Shown: positions 31,132 through 42,106, numbered from the stretch's first letter. The stretch is 64,000 nt of DNA from Promethearchaeota archaeon (GCA_016840165.1 JAEOSU010000080.1:96001-160000); one strand, 5' to 3'. Notes: generated by a model from the sequence alone, not told the origin. Made by a program: numbers and translations.

Positions 31132-32309
31132 TCACCCGTACTTAATTTTTCTGGTAGATACTCTTCTGATAAAAATTCAAGCCCATGTGAAGATAATGCT
31201 TGGATCTCAGCCTTTTTCTTGAATTGTAATGCTAGTTTTAAATCTTCTTCCCATTTCTTATTTTTCTTTACAAAATCTTCCTTTAACAATTCTTTTGTTC
31301 TCTTAATGTCCATAGGTTTCATATCTAACCGTGCTTTTTTAGGAACGTTATATTTATCTAGATCTTTAGTTAACACCCCCAGAAGCTTTATATCTGGGGT
31401 TGCTAAAAACGGTGATTCATAGCTTAATCTTTTCGATCCCCGTAAATAAACACTATGAATATAGTGACCATAGGGATCACTGTCTACTAAACTAAAAACC
31501 GGTAATTGAAGTTCTTTATTTAATCTTTTTAAAAACATACGCGTAGCGATATCGGCAGCACCTTTTGCAGTCATTATTATGGAGGGATACTTCTTCCAAA
31601 ACTTATCCTCTGAAATACGCCTCATTGCGGCTTCTTTTTCAATTACAAGGATAAATTCAGCATCAGATTCAATAATATCTACTTTATCTAACATTGGAGT
31701 TATTGCCCAAGCTCCAGACCCAAATTTTTCTAAGTCGATGATATTATTTTCATCCCTAATTCTCAAGCGACCAACACACAAACCTTTAGCTGAAGCAATG
31801 ATGTGAGTGGAATTTCTAGTAGTATAGAGCATAGAAGAAATATCTTCAATACTTTTATCACTATTTTTCTGTTCTCCATATATCTCGACATCTTGATAAA
31901 AAACATCCCTTAATGTACTATGTTTATCTTTAACAAGCAACTCGTGAACTACTTCAGCAACTCTCATCAATCGGGTTATATCCGCTACACTAGCAAGAGA
32001 ATGAAATTGTTTTTTAATAATTTGTTTGCCTAATAACAATAAATCATTTTCCTCGTCCCATATTATATTACTTGCGGTTCTAGAAGGTAATTCCAGCGAT
32101 GGCCTTCCAGTTGCATATATCATCTCGATTAGGTTATCCACGACCTCGTATAAGCGATTAAGCGTTTCATTTCTACTCAGTTCATCTACTTCAATAGTAT
32201 CTAGTGGAAGTTTTACTTCCTTAGTATCTTTTCTTTTTGCTTGATAATCTTCGAAAAGCTTTCGAGCTGCTTTTAAATCATATTCTGTTATAGCTTTTTT
32301 TTTTGCCAA
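31122..32309 (-). CDS. top6A: DNA topoisomerase VI subunit A
   Basis: STLRDVFYQ (catalytic Tyr), IEKEA, DSDPYG TOPRIM motif, KAEIQAL. Confidence 0.95.
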   Translation of the reverse strand: MAKKKAITEYDLKAARKLFEDYQAKRKDTKEVKLPLDTIEVDELSRNETLNRLYEVVDNLIEMIYATGRPSLELPSRTASNIIWDEENDLLLLGKQIIKKQFHSLASVADITRLMRVAEVVHELLVKDKHSTLRDVFYQDVEIYGEQKNSDKSIEDISSMLYTTRNSTHIIASAKGLCVGRLRIRDENNIIDLEKFGSGAWAITPMLDKVDIIESDAEFILVIEKEAAMRRISEDKFWKKYPSIIMTAKGAADIATRMFLKRLNKELQLPVFSLVDSDPYGHYIHSVYLRGSKRLSYESPFLATPDIKLLGVLTKDLDKYNVPKKARLDMKPMDIKRTKELLKEDFVKKNKKWEEDLKLALQFKKKAEIQALSSHGLEFLSEEYLPEKLSTGDWI

Positions 32310-32321
32310 TTCAATTACCTA

Positions 32322-35300
32322 CTATTTTAATTTCCAATGTTTTTTCCCTTTTTTAATTTCAACAATTATGATTCCTTTTCTTTCTAATTCTTTTAATTTA
32401 AGCTGTAGGAATCGAGCATCCATCATATCTTTTATTTTCATCTTAAAAATTAATGAAGTGATTGGTTGCCATTCATTAGATAAGAATTTCAATATTTTAT
32501 CAGTCGATATTATTGGTAATTGTGTTTGAGTCGTTTTCTTTTCAGTAACTTTTGGTTCTTTTTTGATGGGAACTTTAACGATATTCTTTTGCTCAATAAG
32601 AGGAGTTTCTTGGTAGGGTTCTTTTACTTTTTCTTTTAATTCCTCAGCAGTAGCCTTATCATGTAAAAGAGATTCTTGAATAATAGTAATCATTTCATTC
32701 TTTTTTAGGTTAGATGAAAGTTCGATATTCTTTTCCTCACAATATTCCATGAGTTCTCCTTTAGTCATATTTTTTAGGGTTTTTGGGGATAAAACTTCCA
32801 TTTTTGAAATAGGTGCCTCCTTAGATTTCACAATTGTCTCAGTTTCTTTTAATTTATTGATGTATTGTTCAGACTCAATTTTTGGAGTTTCTGTAGGAGT
32901 TATTTTAGCACCGATGGCATTTATCATTAAAGTTTCTAATTCAGAAACAGATATTTTATCCGTATATTTACTATTCCCCTGAGTAGCAATATTATAAATG
33001 CTTTCTACGAAGGTTGGAATATATTTCTCAATATAGCTTGCTCTTTTCTCTTTTTTGCTTAAGTTCGCTTTTCTGTTAAGATAAACACGTAATCTTCTGC
33101 CTATAGCCTCAAGACAATATTTTATTTCTTTTATTAATTCTGGATCATCTGCTAAAGCATTTTTTGACTGGGATTTGAACATAAGATGGACATAAGGACC
33201 TGAAACATTAATTAATAACAATATAGGTCCTTTAGGTAAATTATTATCATATACATCAAGTTTGTAATTCTTCCAATTGACAGTTTGAACTGCTTTAGTA
33301 ATAGCGCAATCAGCGTTATCTCTCAATTTTGGAGTTCGGTTGACATATCTAAATAAAACATCACTAGATCGTTTAGGAGTTTCAAGTTTTTTTGGATCAT
33401 TACAATAAGCTAATACCGCTTCTACGACATAAGCAAGTCCTTTTCCACTTGTAGGAGGTCTAGTCTCAGCAGATACAAAATCGTCATCCCGAGAATAATT
33501 ATCGGTAAAATATTCAAAAATCTGTTCATAGGATTTTAAGGATGGATTTACTGATAATTCTAATATATTTTGTATTGAATGCTTGAGTTTTTCCTTATCA
33601 ACACTTACTTCATTTAAATTGATCCCATTCATGATCTGCAGATTAAACTCGAGAAGATCTTGCTTTGTTAATTGTTTATCGTCTTTTAATTGAACCTGTT
33701 TAGCTAACTGTATTAGTTCTTCAATGGGCTCCTCAAAATCTTCAGTTGCTTCTGAAATTTTTAAACCTATTTCCTTAATTAATGTATTTTCTAAGACGGT
33801 GTCCCCCACAGGAATGGCTGTATCAGTGGGGGGTGCCATGTACTTTATAGACTTAAAAGCGTGGAATAATGAATTGAATTGTTTATTTGTAACTTCTGAT
33901 GGTTTCGATTTAGAGATTTGAACCTCTTCCACCAGATCTTCTAATTCTGATCGATTGATCACTTTTTTTAATTCAACTAAATTGTCCTTATTCGACTCAA
34001 TCAGTTTGTTTAAATCGTTTTTAATCTTTTGCTTTTCTTTATTGATGGCTTTGATATCGACTAGTAATTTATCAATATTTTGTTCTATCTTCTTTTGATC
34101 TTTTTTAGTCTCAGCTTTTTCAATACGATCGCTGTATTTTTTTATTTGTTTTTGGATTTTTTCTAAATCTTTATTAAATTGATTATAATCTGATATCTTT
34201 TCCCAGTATTTCTCTACTAAATCATGTGATTCAATTTTATAAATGATAAGTTTTTCTCGTGGTTTTTTAGATTTCCCAAAAACACGCTTTTCGAAAGTTA
34301 AGAATAGAATATCTTCATTCTTTTTTTCATTTTTTTGGATAAATCCCGACTTAAGAATGAGTAGGTCTAATTCATCCTCTAAACTTCTTTGGGCAGACTT
34401 TATAATTTTTTTTGCTGTATTAGAACTTACTCGGACGAAATTATCTTGTAAAAACGCAGAAACGGTTAGATTTTCGGATTTGGCGATTAAATCCTGCAAA
34501 TCCCCGATATTTGTTGAGGAAGGATGAGGTTTTGCATATTTTGGTTCCCTTGGAAATGAGGAGACTAAACGCTCGAACTTTAATTCCTCACCATAAGGAT
34601 CGATATAGATTATCGTTATATGAGGATTCATAAGTGCGGTTTGTCGAATGTAAATATCCGCTGAACCTCTTTTATATTTTGTATTTAAATAATTAAGTTT
34701 TATGTACGTGCCATGTAAAAAGGGACTGTCAACCTCAGTGGGATGTACTAGATATCTTTTTTCATTTTTAGATGTCGTGAAAAATTCTGAAACGGTGGCA
34801 TAGATGTTGTCACTCGATTTTGATACAGCAATAATTGGCTTACCAGTTGTGTTTTGTGAATCACTAAAAGCACTTGGAGCTCCGAATCCTTGACTACCTC
34901 TAGTCTGCTTTAATTCGAAACTTTTTGATGAAGCTAAGTATTTTCCGAATTTACGTAAATCATTTTTACCCATACCTATTCCATTATCAAAAATCTCGAA
35001 GGAATAACTCATAACATTTTTTTGAGATAACTCAGAAGTTAAAAAACTTGGTGCCTCTGACTCTCTGAGACGTATTATGACTAAAGGTTCTGTATCTATG
35101 ATGGATTCTACTGGCTTAATGATTTCATTCATATCTTCAATGATACGTAAAACTTCCTCTTCTACTTCTAATTCTGATTTGTCAACTATTTCTCCAGATT
35201 CTGTTTCTTTATCTTCGTTAAGTATTTTAGTTTCTTCTGAGATTTCTGCTGGACGGATACCCATCTCCTGCATGAGAACACTTTTAGCTTCATTATTTAA

Positions 35301-35573
35301 TGGTTTTTTTTCATCTTCATCCATTCCATCTTGAAGAATTGACAAATTTCGTAAAGTGAGTTCTTGATCTAATGAAAAGGCAATTTTTGAAGAATCTTTT
35401 TGTAATTCATTCCATTGAAAAGACTCAATTGCATCAAGAGCATTATCCATAAATTCTGCAGCGTATTGGGTATGTTTCCAATAACCAAATTCAAATCCTA
35501 CGAGCTGTGTGCGTTTCCTCATGAACTGAGCAATAGTTCCTTGCTCAATTCTTCCATCATCTTCAGAAGTAAT
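32322..35573 (-). CDS. top6B: DNA topoisomerase VI subunit B, greatly expanded (about 1083 aa; ORF track start 35522, inferred ATT start 35573)
   Basis: EFMDNALDA, DNGIG, QTRGSQGFG, HGT GHKL motifs; PKYAKPHP; RYVNRTP transducer. Open frame continues upstream as ITSEDDGRIEQGTIAQF, matching the usual Top6B N-terminus. Confidence 0.9.
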   Translation of the reverse strand: MTSEDDGRIEQGTIAQFMRKRTQLVGFEFGYWKHTQYAAEFMDNALDAIESFQWNELQKDSSKIAFSLDQELTLRNLSILQDGMDEDEKKPLNNEAKSVLMQEMGIRPAEISEETKILNEDKETESGEIVDKSELEVEEEVLRIIEDMNEIIKPVESIIDTEPLVIIRLRESEAPSFLTSELSQKNVMSYSFEIFDNGIGMGKNDLRKFGKYLASSKSFELKQTRGSQGFGAPSAFSDSQNTTGKPIIAVSKSSDNIYATVSEFFTTSKNEKRYLVHPTEVDSPFLHGTYIKLNYLNTKYKRGSADIYIRQTALMNPHITIIYIDPYGEELKFERLVSSFPREPKYAKPHPSSTNIGDLQDLIAKSENLTVSAFLQDNFVRVSSNTAKKIIKSAQRSLEDELDLLILKSGFIQKNEKKNEDILFLTFEKRVFGKSKKPREKLIIYKIESHDLVEKYWEKISDYNQFNKDLEKIQKQIKKYSDRIEKAETKKDQKKIEQNIDKLLVDIKAINKEKQKIKNDLNKLIESNKDNLVELKKVINRSELEDLVEEVQISKSKPSEVTNKQFNSLFHAFKSIKYMAPPTDTAIPVGDTVLENTLIKEIGLKISEATEDFEEPIEELIQLAKQVQLKDDKQLTKQDLLEFNLQIMNGINLNEVSVDKEKLKHSIQNILELSVNPSLKSYEQIFEYFTDNYSRDDDFVSAETRPPTSGKGLAYVVEAVLAYCNDPKKLETPKRSSDVLFRYVNRTPKLRDNADCAITKAVQTVNWKNYKLDVYDNNLPKGPILLLINVSGPYVHLMFKSQSKNALADDPELIKEIKYCLEAIGRRLRVYLNRKANLSKKEKRASYIEKYIPTFVESIYNIATQGNSKYTDKISVSELETLMINAIGAKITPTETPKIESEQYINKLKETETIVKSKEAPISKMEVLSPKTLKNMTKGELMEYCEEKNIELSSNLKKNEMITIIQESLLHDKATAEELKEKVKEPYQETPLIEQKNIVKVPIKKEPKVTEKKTTQTQLPIISTDKILKFLSNEWQPITSLIFKMKIKDMMDARFLQLKLKELERKGIIIVEIKKGKKHWKLK

Positions 35574-35793
35574 TTTAACAACCTACATTATAATATTAAT
35601 CTCAATAAGAAAACCTTAGATCATTATTTTTAATTGTATATCTATTGGTATTAAAACTATGACCTTATGGTAATTTTTCATAATCTTTTTATTTATTTTT
35701 CAAAATCTATCTATTTATTCATTTTGAACTAAAATTGATTTCTTATTTAAATTTTATCCTAGCAGAAAAATTTATCAAAAAGAGTGTAATGAA

Positions 35794-37074
35794 TTAATTA
35801 ATACCTCTAATACGATAGGCTTCTAATGCTACATCTATGATTTTAGATGCAATATAACGTTTAGTATTTTTTTCTACATGAGTAATGTGTTTTTGCTTAT
35901 CAATAATATATACTTCATTATCCTTACTCATAAAGCCTATATCTTCTCTGGCAATATCATTAGCTACTATTAAATCAGCATCTGATTTTAGAAGCCTTTC
36001 ATAAGCCCGATTTATTAATTCAGTTCTAGATACATTTGATTCTGCTTTAAAAGCAACGATGAAGGCTTTGTAGTTTTTCTTCCGAGCAACATCAATTATT
36101 TTTGGAGTAAGTTTCATGTTTACTTGTAATTCTTCAACATTATGAGATGATATTTTACCATCGATACGTTCGACGGGTTTATAATCTGATATAGCAGCAG
36201 CAGAGATGAAAAAATGATAATCTTTATAACTTAGTTCATCTTTAACCGTTCTAATAAAATCCTCAGTTGAAACCACGTTTATTGTTTCGATATACTCAGG
36301 TATTTTGACCATACATTTACCTGCAATTAAGAGTACATCCGCACCCCTCGCAGCAGCTTCTTTTGCAAGTTCAATACCCATTCTTCCTGAAGATCTATTC
36401 GATACAAATCGAACAGAATCTATTGCCTCTCGAGTTGGACCAGCTGTTATTAAAACTTTCATTCCTTCCAAATCTTTCTTCGCTATAACTAAATCAATTA
36501 CGCGATCGATTACATCCTCAACTTTTGCAACTTTAGCTTTCCCTTCTGAAATTCTCGGCCCTAAGATATCAATTCCATATTTTTTAAGTTTAATTATATT
36601 TTGCTCGATTATGGGGTGAAACATGCTTTCATGCATCGCAGGAACCACAACGATGGGTAAATCAGAACCAAAAGCAGTGGAAACAACTGTAGTGACTGGT
36701 GTATCATCAATACCATTAGCAATTTTTGAGATTGTATTCGAAGTAGCAGGACATACTAATATTAAATCTGCCTTACTTGATGCATTTGGTCTATCTCCAG
36801 CAAGAAAAACATGTTCTACCGCACCAGTTAATTTGGTAATAACAGGATTCCCAGTAGCCCAATGCATTATAGAAGGGTTTATTAATTCTGTTGCAGCTCT
36901 AGACATGACCGTTATAACTTCAGCACCTAATCTCATTAACTCTCTTGCAACTATTGGTGCTGTAATTACTGCAACTGATCCAGTTAAACATAAGCATATA
37001 GTTTTACCTCGTAAGATTGTTCCCTTAGTTTCTACGATGTCCTTAGATGGATGATGATACTTATCTCTCAACAT
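35794..37074 (-). CDS. coaBC: Bifunctional phosphopantothenoylcysteine decarboxylase/ligase
   Basis: TGSVA, PATSNTISKIANGIDD, PAMHESM, TAGPTREAIDSVRFVSNRSSGRMG, AAAISDY. Confidence 0.95.
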   Translation of the reverse strand: MLRDKYHHPSKDIVETKGTILRGKTICLCLTGSVAVITAPIVARELMRLGAEVITVMSRAATELINPSIMHWATGNPVITKLTGAVEHVFLAGDRPNASSKADLILVCPATSNTISKIANGIDDTPVTTVVSTAFGSDLPIVVVPAMHESMFHPIIEQNIIKLKKYGIDILGPRISEGKAKVAKVEDVIDRVIDLVIAKKDLEGMKVLITAGPTREAIDSVRFVSNRSSGRMGIELAKEAAARGADVLLIAGKCMVKIPEYIETINVVSTEDFIRTVKDELSYKDYHFFISAAAISDYKPVERIDGKISSHNVEELQVNMKLTPKIIDVARKKNYKAFIVAFKAESNVSRTELINRAYERLLKSDADLIVANDIAREDIGFMSKDNEVYIIDKQKHITHVEKNTKRYIASKIIDVALEAYRIRGIN

Positions 37075-37218
37075 TTACATTCTCGTATATTAATTGTTCA
37101 ATATTATAAAAATATATATAAAATATAAAAATACTGGAAAATTAGATTTTTGTTTTAGAAACTTAGATTTAAACTATATTTATATTGAATGTTCTAACTT
37201 GAAATATATAAAAAAGAT

Positions 37219-39588
37219 TTACTCATTCTTCTCGATGATATTTAAATTAAAACCTAGTTTTGCTGTAAGATTTTCAAACTTTTGCATATAACTTTTATCT
37301 ACTTTTTTAGTGTTTTTAATATCCAAAATTTTTGAAAATTGATTGCCATAATACGTTTTACTAATTTCAGATAAGTCAAACCACACTCCTTTTTGCTCAA
37401 AATGCTTAATGATCATTGATTTTTGAAATTCACTCTCTCTTATATTCACAATTCTTTTAGAATATTTAATAAAGGGAGTATTTCGCATTTTTTTTAAATC
37501 ATAAACCTTAGTGGAACCCAATTTAGGGTTACTAAGATCCTCTTCTATATATTTGTGTATTTGATTTAGAATTTGTTTCTTTAATTGTTTTATAGTGATA
37601 TCATCTCTCATTGATTCTTCTATAAATCTTGTATAAGGTAATTGTAGCCCAGATAATTCCGTTGATAGATTAAGGAGTGTTAGAATTTGAGTCGTATAAT
37701 CTTTAAGATTCGATTTTAACGTATTAAATACGTATTCTTTTTCTTTTTTAATGAAATTAAATAAAAATTTTTGGAATGCTTTAATAAATTTTCTGTAACT
37801 TGGTATTAAAGTTTTATTTGGATTATTCAAAACAAGATTATAAGCATTAAACGGATTTATTTTCTTTTTTATTACTTTACTCACCAAAGATAATGGATAA
37901 TACCCTTCAAGATAATCCATACCTTTTGAAACGCCTTTTATTGCTTCATAGAAAGAGCATTTTTTAATAACATTGACTACTTTTATAATATTCCCTTCAA
38001 TTTTAACCGGTGTTTTTTGACAAAAACATAAATCAAAAGGTTTTAAATCATGAAAAAGACGGTTATTTTGATCAGGTATGATAATTTGAGAACTATATGC
38101 ATTCACAATGCTCCCCTGGTACGGTTTAATTGCTAAATCCCATTCAATAATCATACTATTCTTTATATTTGAAATTTCCTGTAGAGTTTCATAACTATAT
38201 TCAATTGATTTTCTTAATAAAGAGACTCCATCTATGGGATTTATTTTATATTTATCATTTTCTCCCCAAAACCGATTTTTATAATAGAAGATATCTGGAA
38301 ATTTCGTTAAATCATCTTTAAACAACTCTTTAAAAATTAAGTAATTTATCCCTATTTCTGAAGATTTGATCGTTGAATTGTTTAATCCAAAAAACCCAAT
38401 ATGTTTAATTATGTACAAGTATGCAGGATTAAAAATATTCTCCTTATTATGATTGGTTTCGTATGTATTCCTTCGTTTTCTAAAATCTACTTTTGATCTT
38501 ATGACTTTATGCTTTTCAGCGATAAGTTTTAAGTATGAAAATTTTTTTAAATATACTTTTCTTTCTAACTCTTTTATTTCTGCTTTATAAGCTTTATAAT
38601 CATCATAATATTGATCAACATTTATTTCAAACGTTTCAAATTGCTGTTTCATCAATTTTAATTTATCAATGATGCAAAAATTATCAATCTCATCGAAGAA
38701 TTTGGTTATCAACTCGTTCTCAAATGCTTTAAAATTTTCAGAATCTAATATATCTTTGAATTCTGTTGTATAATCATTAATCTTATCAATCTCTTTTTTT
38801 ATAAAATAGAATGAAAAATATTTTTCGTTAAAATCACTAGAATTTGTCATTCTTTTCATATGAACTAAAATTTTTGAGAGAAAGGACATATTTACAATCT
38901 CATAAGTTTCCAAAATCTTATCAGTAAAGCTAATGATCTTCAATAAATTGTAAAATGAATATTTTGATATTGCCTTGAGAAATAATAAAAATCCTTTTTC
39001 AATATGATTGTTAAAACGGAAAACTTGATCTTCTATTTCATTTTCTTGGGCAGATTTTATAAATTCGAAGAATTCAATGAATAAATTATTATCTATAGCG
39101 GTAAGAAGATATTTTTCAATCATATCTTCGCATTCATATTGATTTAAAATGGCTTTATTAAGGTAATTTAGGCCTTCTACAGAATTTTTACCATCAAAAC
39201 ATGATTTTGCTAATAATGTATAGTTTTTGCTTTTTTTTTTTGAACCGAAATCTTCAGATGTAAAATTAAATTTATCAAGATTTTTGATTATTCTAAGAGA
39301 TAATTCCGGTTCTAAAGATAGTAGAAGTTTTATTATATGAATGCAGATTTTATCTTCCCTATTGCTGTGGATTAAAAACAACGGGCAATCATGAAAGATT
39401 TCATTTTTTGCCTCATCTATAATTATATGAAACTCTCGCTCATCATCTAAAATTGTACTTCTAATTTTTATTGGATGATCTTTTAAAGAAATAATAGTTA
39501 ATTTTGTATTTGGATAATCTTGAGCTTTATTAAAGAGATCTTGGCCAAATCTATCAATAATTGTTTGATAAATAACATTTTTTGACAT
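37219..39588 (-). CDS. SWIM-type zinc finger protein
   Basis: N-terminal FHDCP...KICIHIIKLL (HxC...CxH SWIM variant) followed by helical regions; downstream of vWA and MoxR genes. Confidence 0.65.
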   Translation of the reverse strand: MSKNVIYQTIIDRFGQDLFNKAQDYPNTKLTIISLKDHPIKIRSTILDDEREFHIIIDEAKNEIFHDCPLFLIHSNREDKICIHIIKLLLSLEPELSLRIIKNLDKFNFTSEDFGSKKKSKNYTLLAKSCFDGKNSVEGLNYLNKAILNQYECEDMIEKYLLTAIDNNLFIEFFEFIKSAQENEIEDQVFRFNNHIEKGFLLFLKAISKYSFYNLLKIISFTDKILETYEIVNMSFLSKILVHMKRMTNSSDFNEKYFSFYFIKKEIDKINDYTTEFKDILDSENFKAFENELITKFFDEIDNFCIIDKLKLMKQQFETFEINVDQYYDDYKAYKAEIKELERKVYLKKFSYLKLIAEKHKVIRSKVDFRKRRNTYETNHNKENIFNPAYLYIIKHIGFFGLNNSTIKSSEIGINYLIFKELFKDDLTKFPDIFYYKNRFWGENDKYKINPIDGVSLLRKSIEYSYETLQEISNIKNSMIIEWDLAIKPYQGSIVNAYSSQIIIPDQNNRLFHDLKPFDLCFCQKTPVKIEGNIIKVVNVIKKCSFYEAIKGVSKGMDYLEGYYPLSLVSKVIKKKINPFNAYNLVLNNPNKTLIPSYRKFIKAFQKFLFNFIKKEKEYVFNTLKSNLKDYTTQILTLLNLSTELSGLQLPYTRFIEESMRDDITIKQLKKQILNQIHKYIEEDLSNPKLGSTKVYDLKKMRNTPFIKYSKRIVNIRESEFQKSMIIKHFEQKGVWFDLSEISKTYYGNQFSKILDIKNTKKVDKSYMQKFENLTAKLGFNLNIIEKNE

Positions 39589-39595
39589 TTTTACT

Positions 39596-42088
39596 TCAAA
39601 ATCGTGATTTTATAATATCGGATATTAATTTAGGAAATTCATTCCAATCCTTTATTGTAAGTAACTGTCCTCCAGCAGTTTTAACCATTTTTTCTGCCTC
39701 TTTTAAATTATATGATGCTTCTGGACAGATTAATATGAAATCGACTCCTAATGATCGCATTACTCTCAATTCATGAATCGAAGCTTTTATATCAAATACT
39801 TCTGCATCAGTAAATAATATATTTAACTTTTCTCGAGAAGTTGAATGGTCTTTAAACTGTTTATTAGCCCATTCAAGAGCATTTTGCATTCTTGTGCCTC
39901 CCCGAGCACTTATAGAGAGTAACTCATCTGCTAATTTCTCTAAATCAACTTTTTCATCTAGTTTTTTTAGAACATGAGTATCTGATTCGAAGAAAGTTAT
40001 GGCAAATTCATCTTTTCGCATGCCATAGCACATCATTGTGACACATATGCTCATATAAGCAAGTTTATCGCCTGACATAGAACCACTAATATCTAGTTCA
40101 ATACAACATGATCTTAACCCTTTTGCGGTTTCATAAACGTAGAAATCATCGTAATCAATATGATCTAGTTTTTTTCCTTTCTCAAGCAAGTTAAAAAGAG
40201 TTTCCTCTAAATCAATATTTTCAAAATCATCTCCTACTGAATATGGTCTTACTATATTAATAGGTATTGGCCCCGTTGTAGCAGATCCTAATCTGGCTCT
40301 AGAATAATATATGCCTAATTCTATTAGGAGCTTCTTCGCCAACTCCTTTACTTTCTGTTTAGATCCCTCTGGTAGATCTTTACGATGAATAAACCATTCT
40401 TTGAGTAAGTTTTCTCCGCTTCCTGCTGATAAACATGCAATCATTTTATCTTGACCTTCATTTCCACCAATGGTTTGTGCCACTTTAAGAGCCTCACTTA
40501 AATTAAAATGCCCAAGTGCTCCTAAAGCATCTCTATTTTCATTTGATAATGCGCTTGCAATTAATTCTTTCATTCTATCATAATTTATTTGGTCTTTGAT
40601 TTGATCCATAAGATTCTGTATCTTTTGAAAGTCAGCACTTTTATTATCAATCATTTTTTTTAATAACTGATAATTTGGTTCAATCAATTCAAAGATATCT
40701 TCATCAGACATATTAAGTTTCTCTCCAACTCGTTGAATATCTTCCGATTTTGGATCAAGCCCAATCTTTCTTAAAAACTCTGTTGCATCTCTTAGCTGAT
40801 CAGCATTTTTACATACATCTAATGTCTGCGAAGTTAAATCAGGGAGATTTTGAGCTATCTTTTGACTACAATGCATATTTTCACAGCTATTCATTAGTTG
40901 TTGTATCTGATGAGAGAGGTTTTTGAATGCTTCATATTTTAGAGGTTGATTTTTGGCATTTTCTATAGCATTCTTTAGTGCTTGATTAAATAATTCATTC
41001 CAAGATTTGTTTGCATATGCACTTTTAGTAAGAGACTCTAATGATAAATTCATTTTATTATTCATTTTTTGTTCATGAAATTTATCAAGTAATTCAGCCC
41101 TCAAATTACTTCCAAAAAATTGATCCAGTGAATTAGCTAAATTATAATTATGTTCAAATGATGAATTTTCTAAGGAATTGTTAAGAATTTTTTCCTTGTT
41201 AAAATTCGGCAACTCTCCTAATGTCTTTGCTGCATTGAATAGTTGTTCTAAATCTTTAATCTGGTCTCGAAGTTGGTTTTGTAAACGCGCTAACTCATTT
41301 TTTATTTCATTTTGACTCGAAGTCTCATTAAGAAACTTCATAGTCTTTAATAAATCATTTAATTTACCTGAATTTAGTAAATCTTCCAAATCTTTTTTTA
41401 TATCCTCACCATTAAGAGCCTTACTTGAAATTTTCTCCCATTCTCTCAAAGATTTATCTTGAATTAGATCATTCAAACCAAGTTCTGATCCTGCTCTTAT
41501 ATCCGCAGGTTCTAGCGAGTTAATTTTTTGTTCAAACCTCTTTTTTGCCTCTTCAATCAATTGTTCGAGAGATGAAATTTCTTCTTTAAACAAGTCTGAA
41601 TTATCACCAAAAAACTCGAGTGCAGATTTATACGGCTCTTCCTCTCTTTTTTCATTTAATTCTTCTAAAAATTTCTCTAAATTTTCGATAGATTCTTGAT
41701 TCACGGTATTTGATATCTCTATCTCATCGATTAATTCCTGTATTTTATCCAATTCAGATTTAAGGTTTTCATCCAAAAAATCTTTTTTATCAGTTACAAG
41801 ATCGTCTTGAAAGAAGGAATCAAGCATATCTTTTTTATAATTAGGGAATAAAATCTGAAAAGCAATATCTTTTGCCAGTTCTTGATTATCTGGAAATGAG
41901 GTAACTACGCTAATTTCAATATAATCATTTGGGTTAACGCTTCCTTTTCTATAATATCTTGAAAGGATTAATTTTGGGATAGATAACACTTGTCTTGAGG
42001 AGGGAATCTGGACGATATCAGGATTAGTTCGCATTTTCCTGATGAAGTCAACGGCAAATTCACATGGATTCTCAGGGAAGACACTCAT
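39596..42088 (-). CDS. vWA (MIDAS) domain protein, CoxE/ChlD-like, with N-terminal AAA-lid-like segment
   Basis: C-terminal LDISGSM...GGT...FTD; IDLEETL upstream motif. Confidence 0.85.
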   Translation of the reverse strand: MSVFPENPCEFAVDFIRKMRTNPDIVQIPSSRQVLSIPKLILSRYYRKGSVNPNDYIEISVVTSFPDNQELAKDIAFQILFPNYKKDMLDSFFQDDLVTDKKDFLDENLKSELDKIQELIDEIEISNTVNQESIENLEKFLEELNEKREEEPYKSALEFFGDNSDLFKEEISSLEQLIEEAKKRFEQKINSLEPADIRAGSELGLNDLIQDKSLREWEKISSKALNGEDIKKDLEDLLNSGKLNDLLKTMKFLNETSSQNEIKNELARLQNQLRDQIKDLEQLFNAAKTLGELPNFNKEKILNNSLENSSFEHNYNLANSLDQFFGSNLRAELLDKFHEQKMNNKMNLSLESLTKSAYANKSWNELFNQALKNAIENAKNQPLKYEAFKNLSHQIQQLMNSCENMHCSQKIAQNLPDLTSQTLDVCKNADQLRDATEFLRKIGLDPKSEDIQRVGEKLNMSDEDIFELIEPNYQLLKKMIDNKSADFQKIQNLMDQIKDQINYDRMKELIASALSNENRDALGALGHFNLSEALKVAQTIGGNEGQDKMIACLSAGSGENLLKEWFIHRKDLPEGSKQKVKELAKKLLIELGIYYSRARLGSATTGPIPINIVRPYSVGDDFENIDLEETLFNLLEKGKKLDHIDYDDFYVYETAKGLRSCCIELDISGSMSGDKLAYMSICVTMMCYGMRKDEFAITFFESDTHVLKKLDEKVDLEKLADELLSISARGGTRMQNALEWANKQFKDHSTSREKLNILFTDAEVFDIKASIHELRVMRSLGVDFILICPEASYNLKEAEKMVKTAGGQLLTIKDWNEFPKLISDIIKSRF

Positions 42089-42106
42089 CGAATTTAATAG
42101 ACCTCC

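Noticed and set aside
23570-35573. Inteins as the cause of the long Top6B, or within MCM
   Set aside because: No C/S...HN-C/S/T splice junctions or LAGLIDADG blocks seen; MCM is normal length
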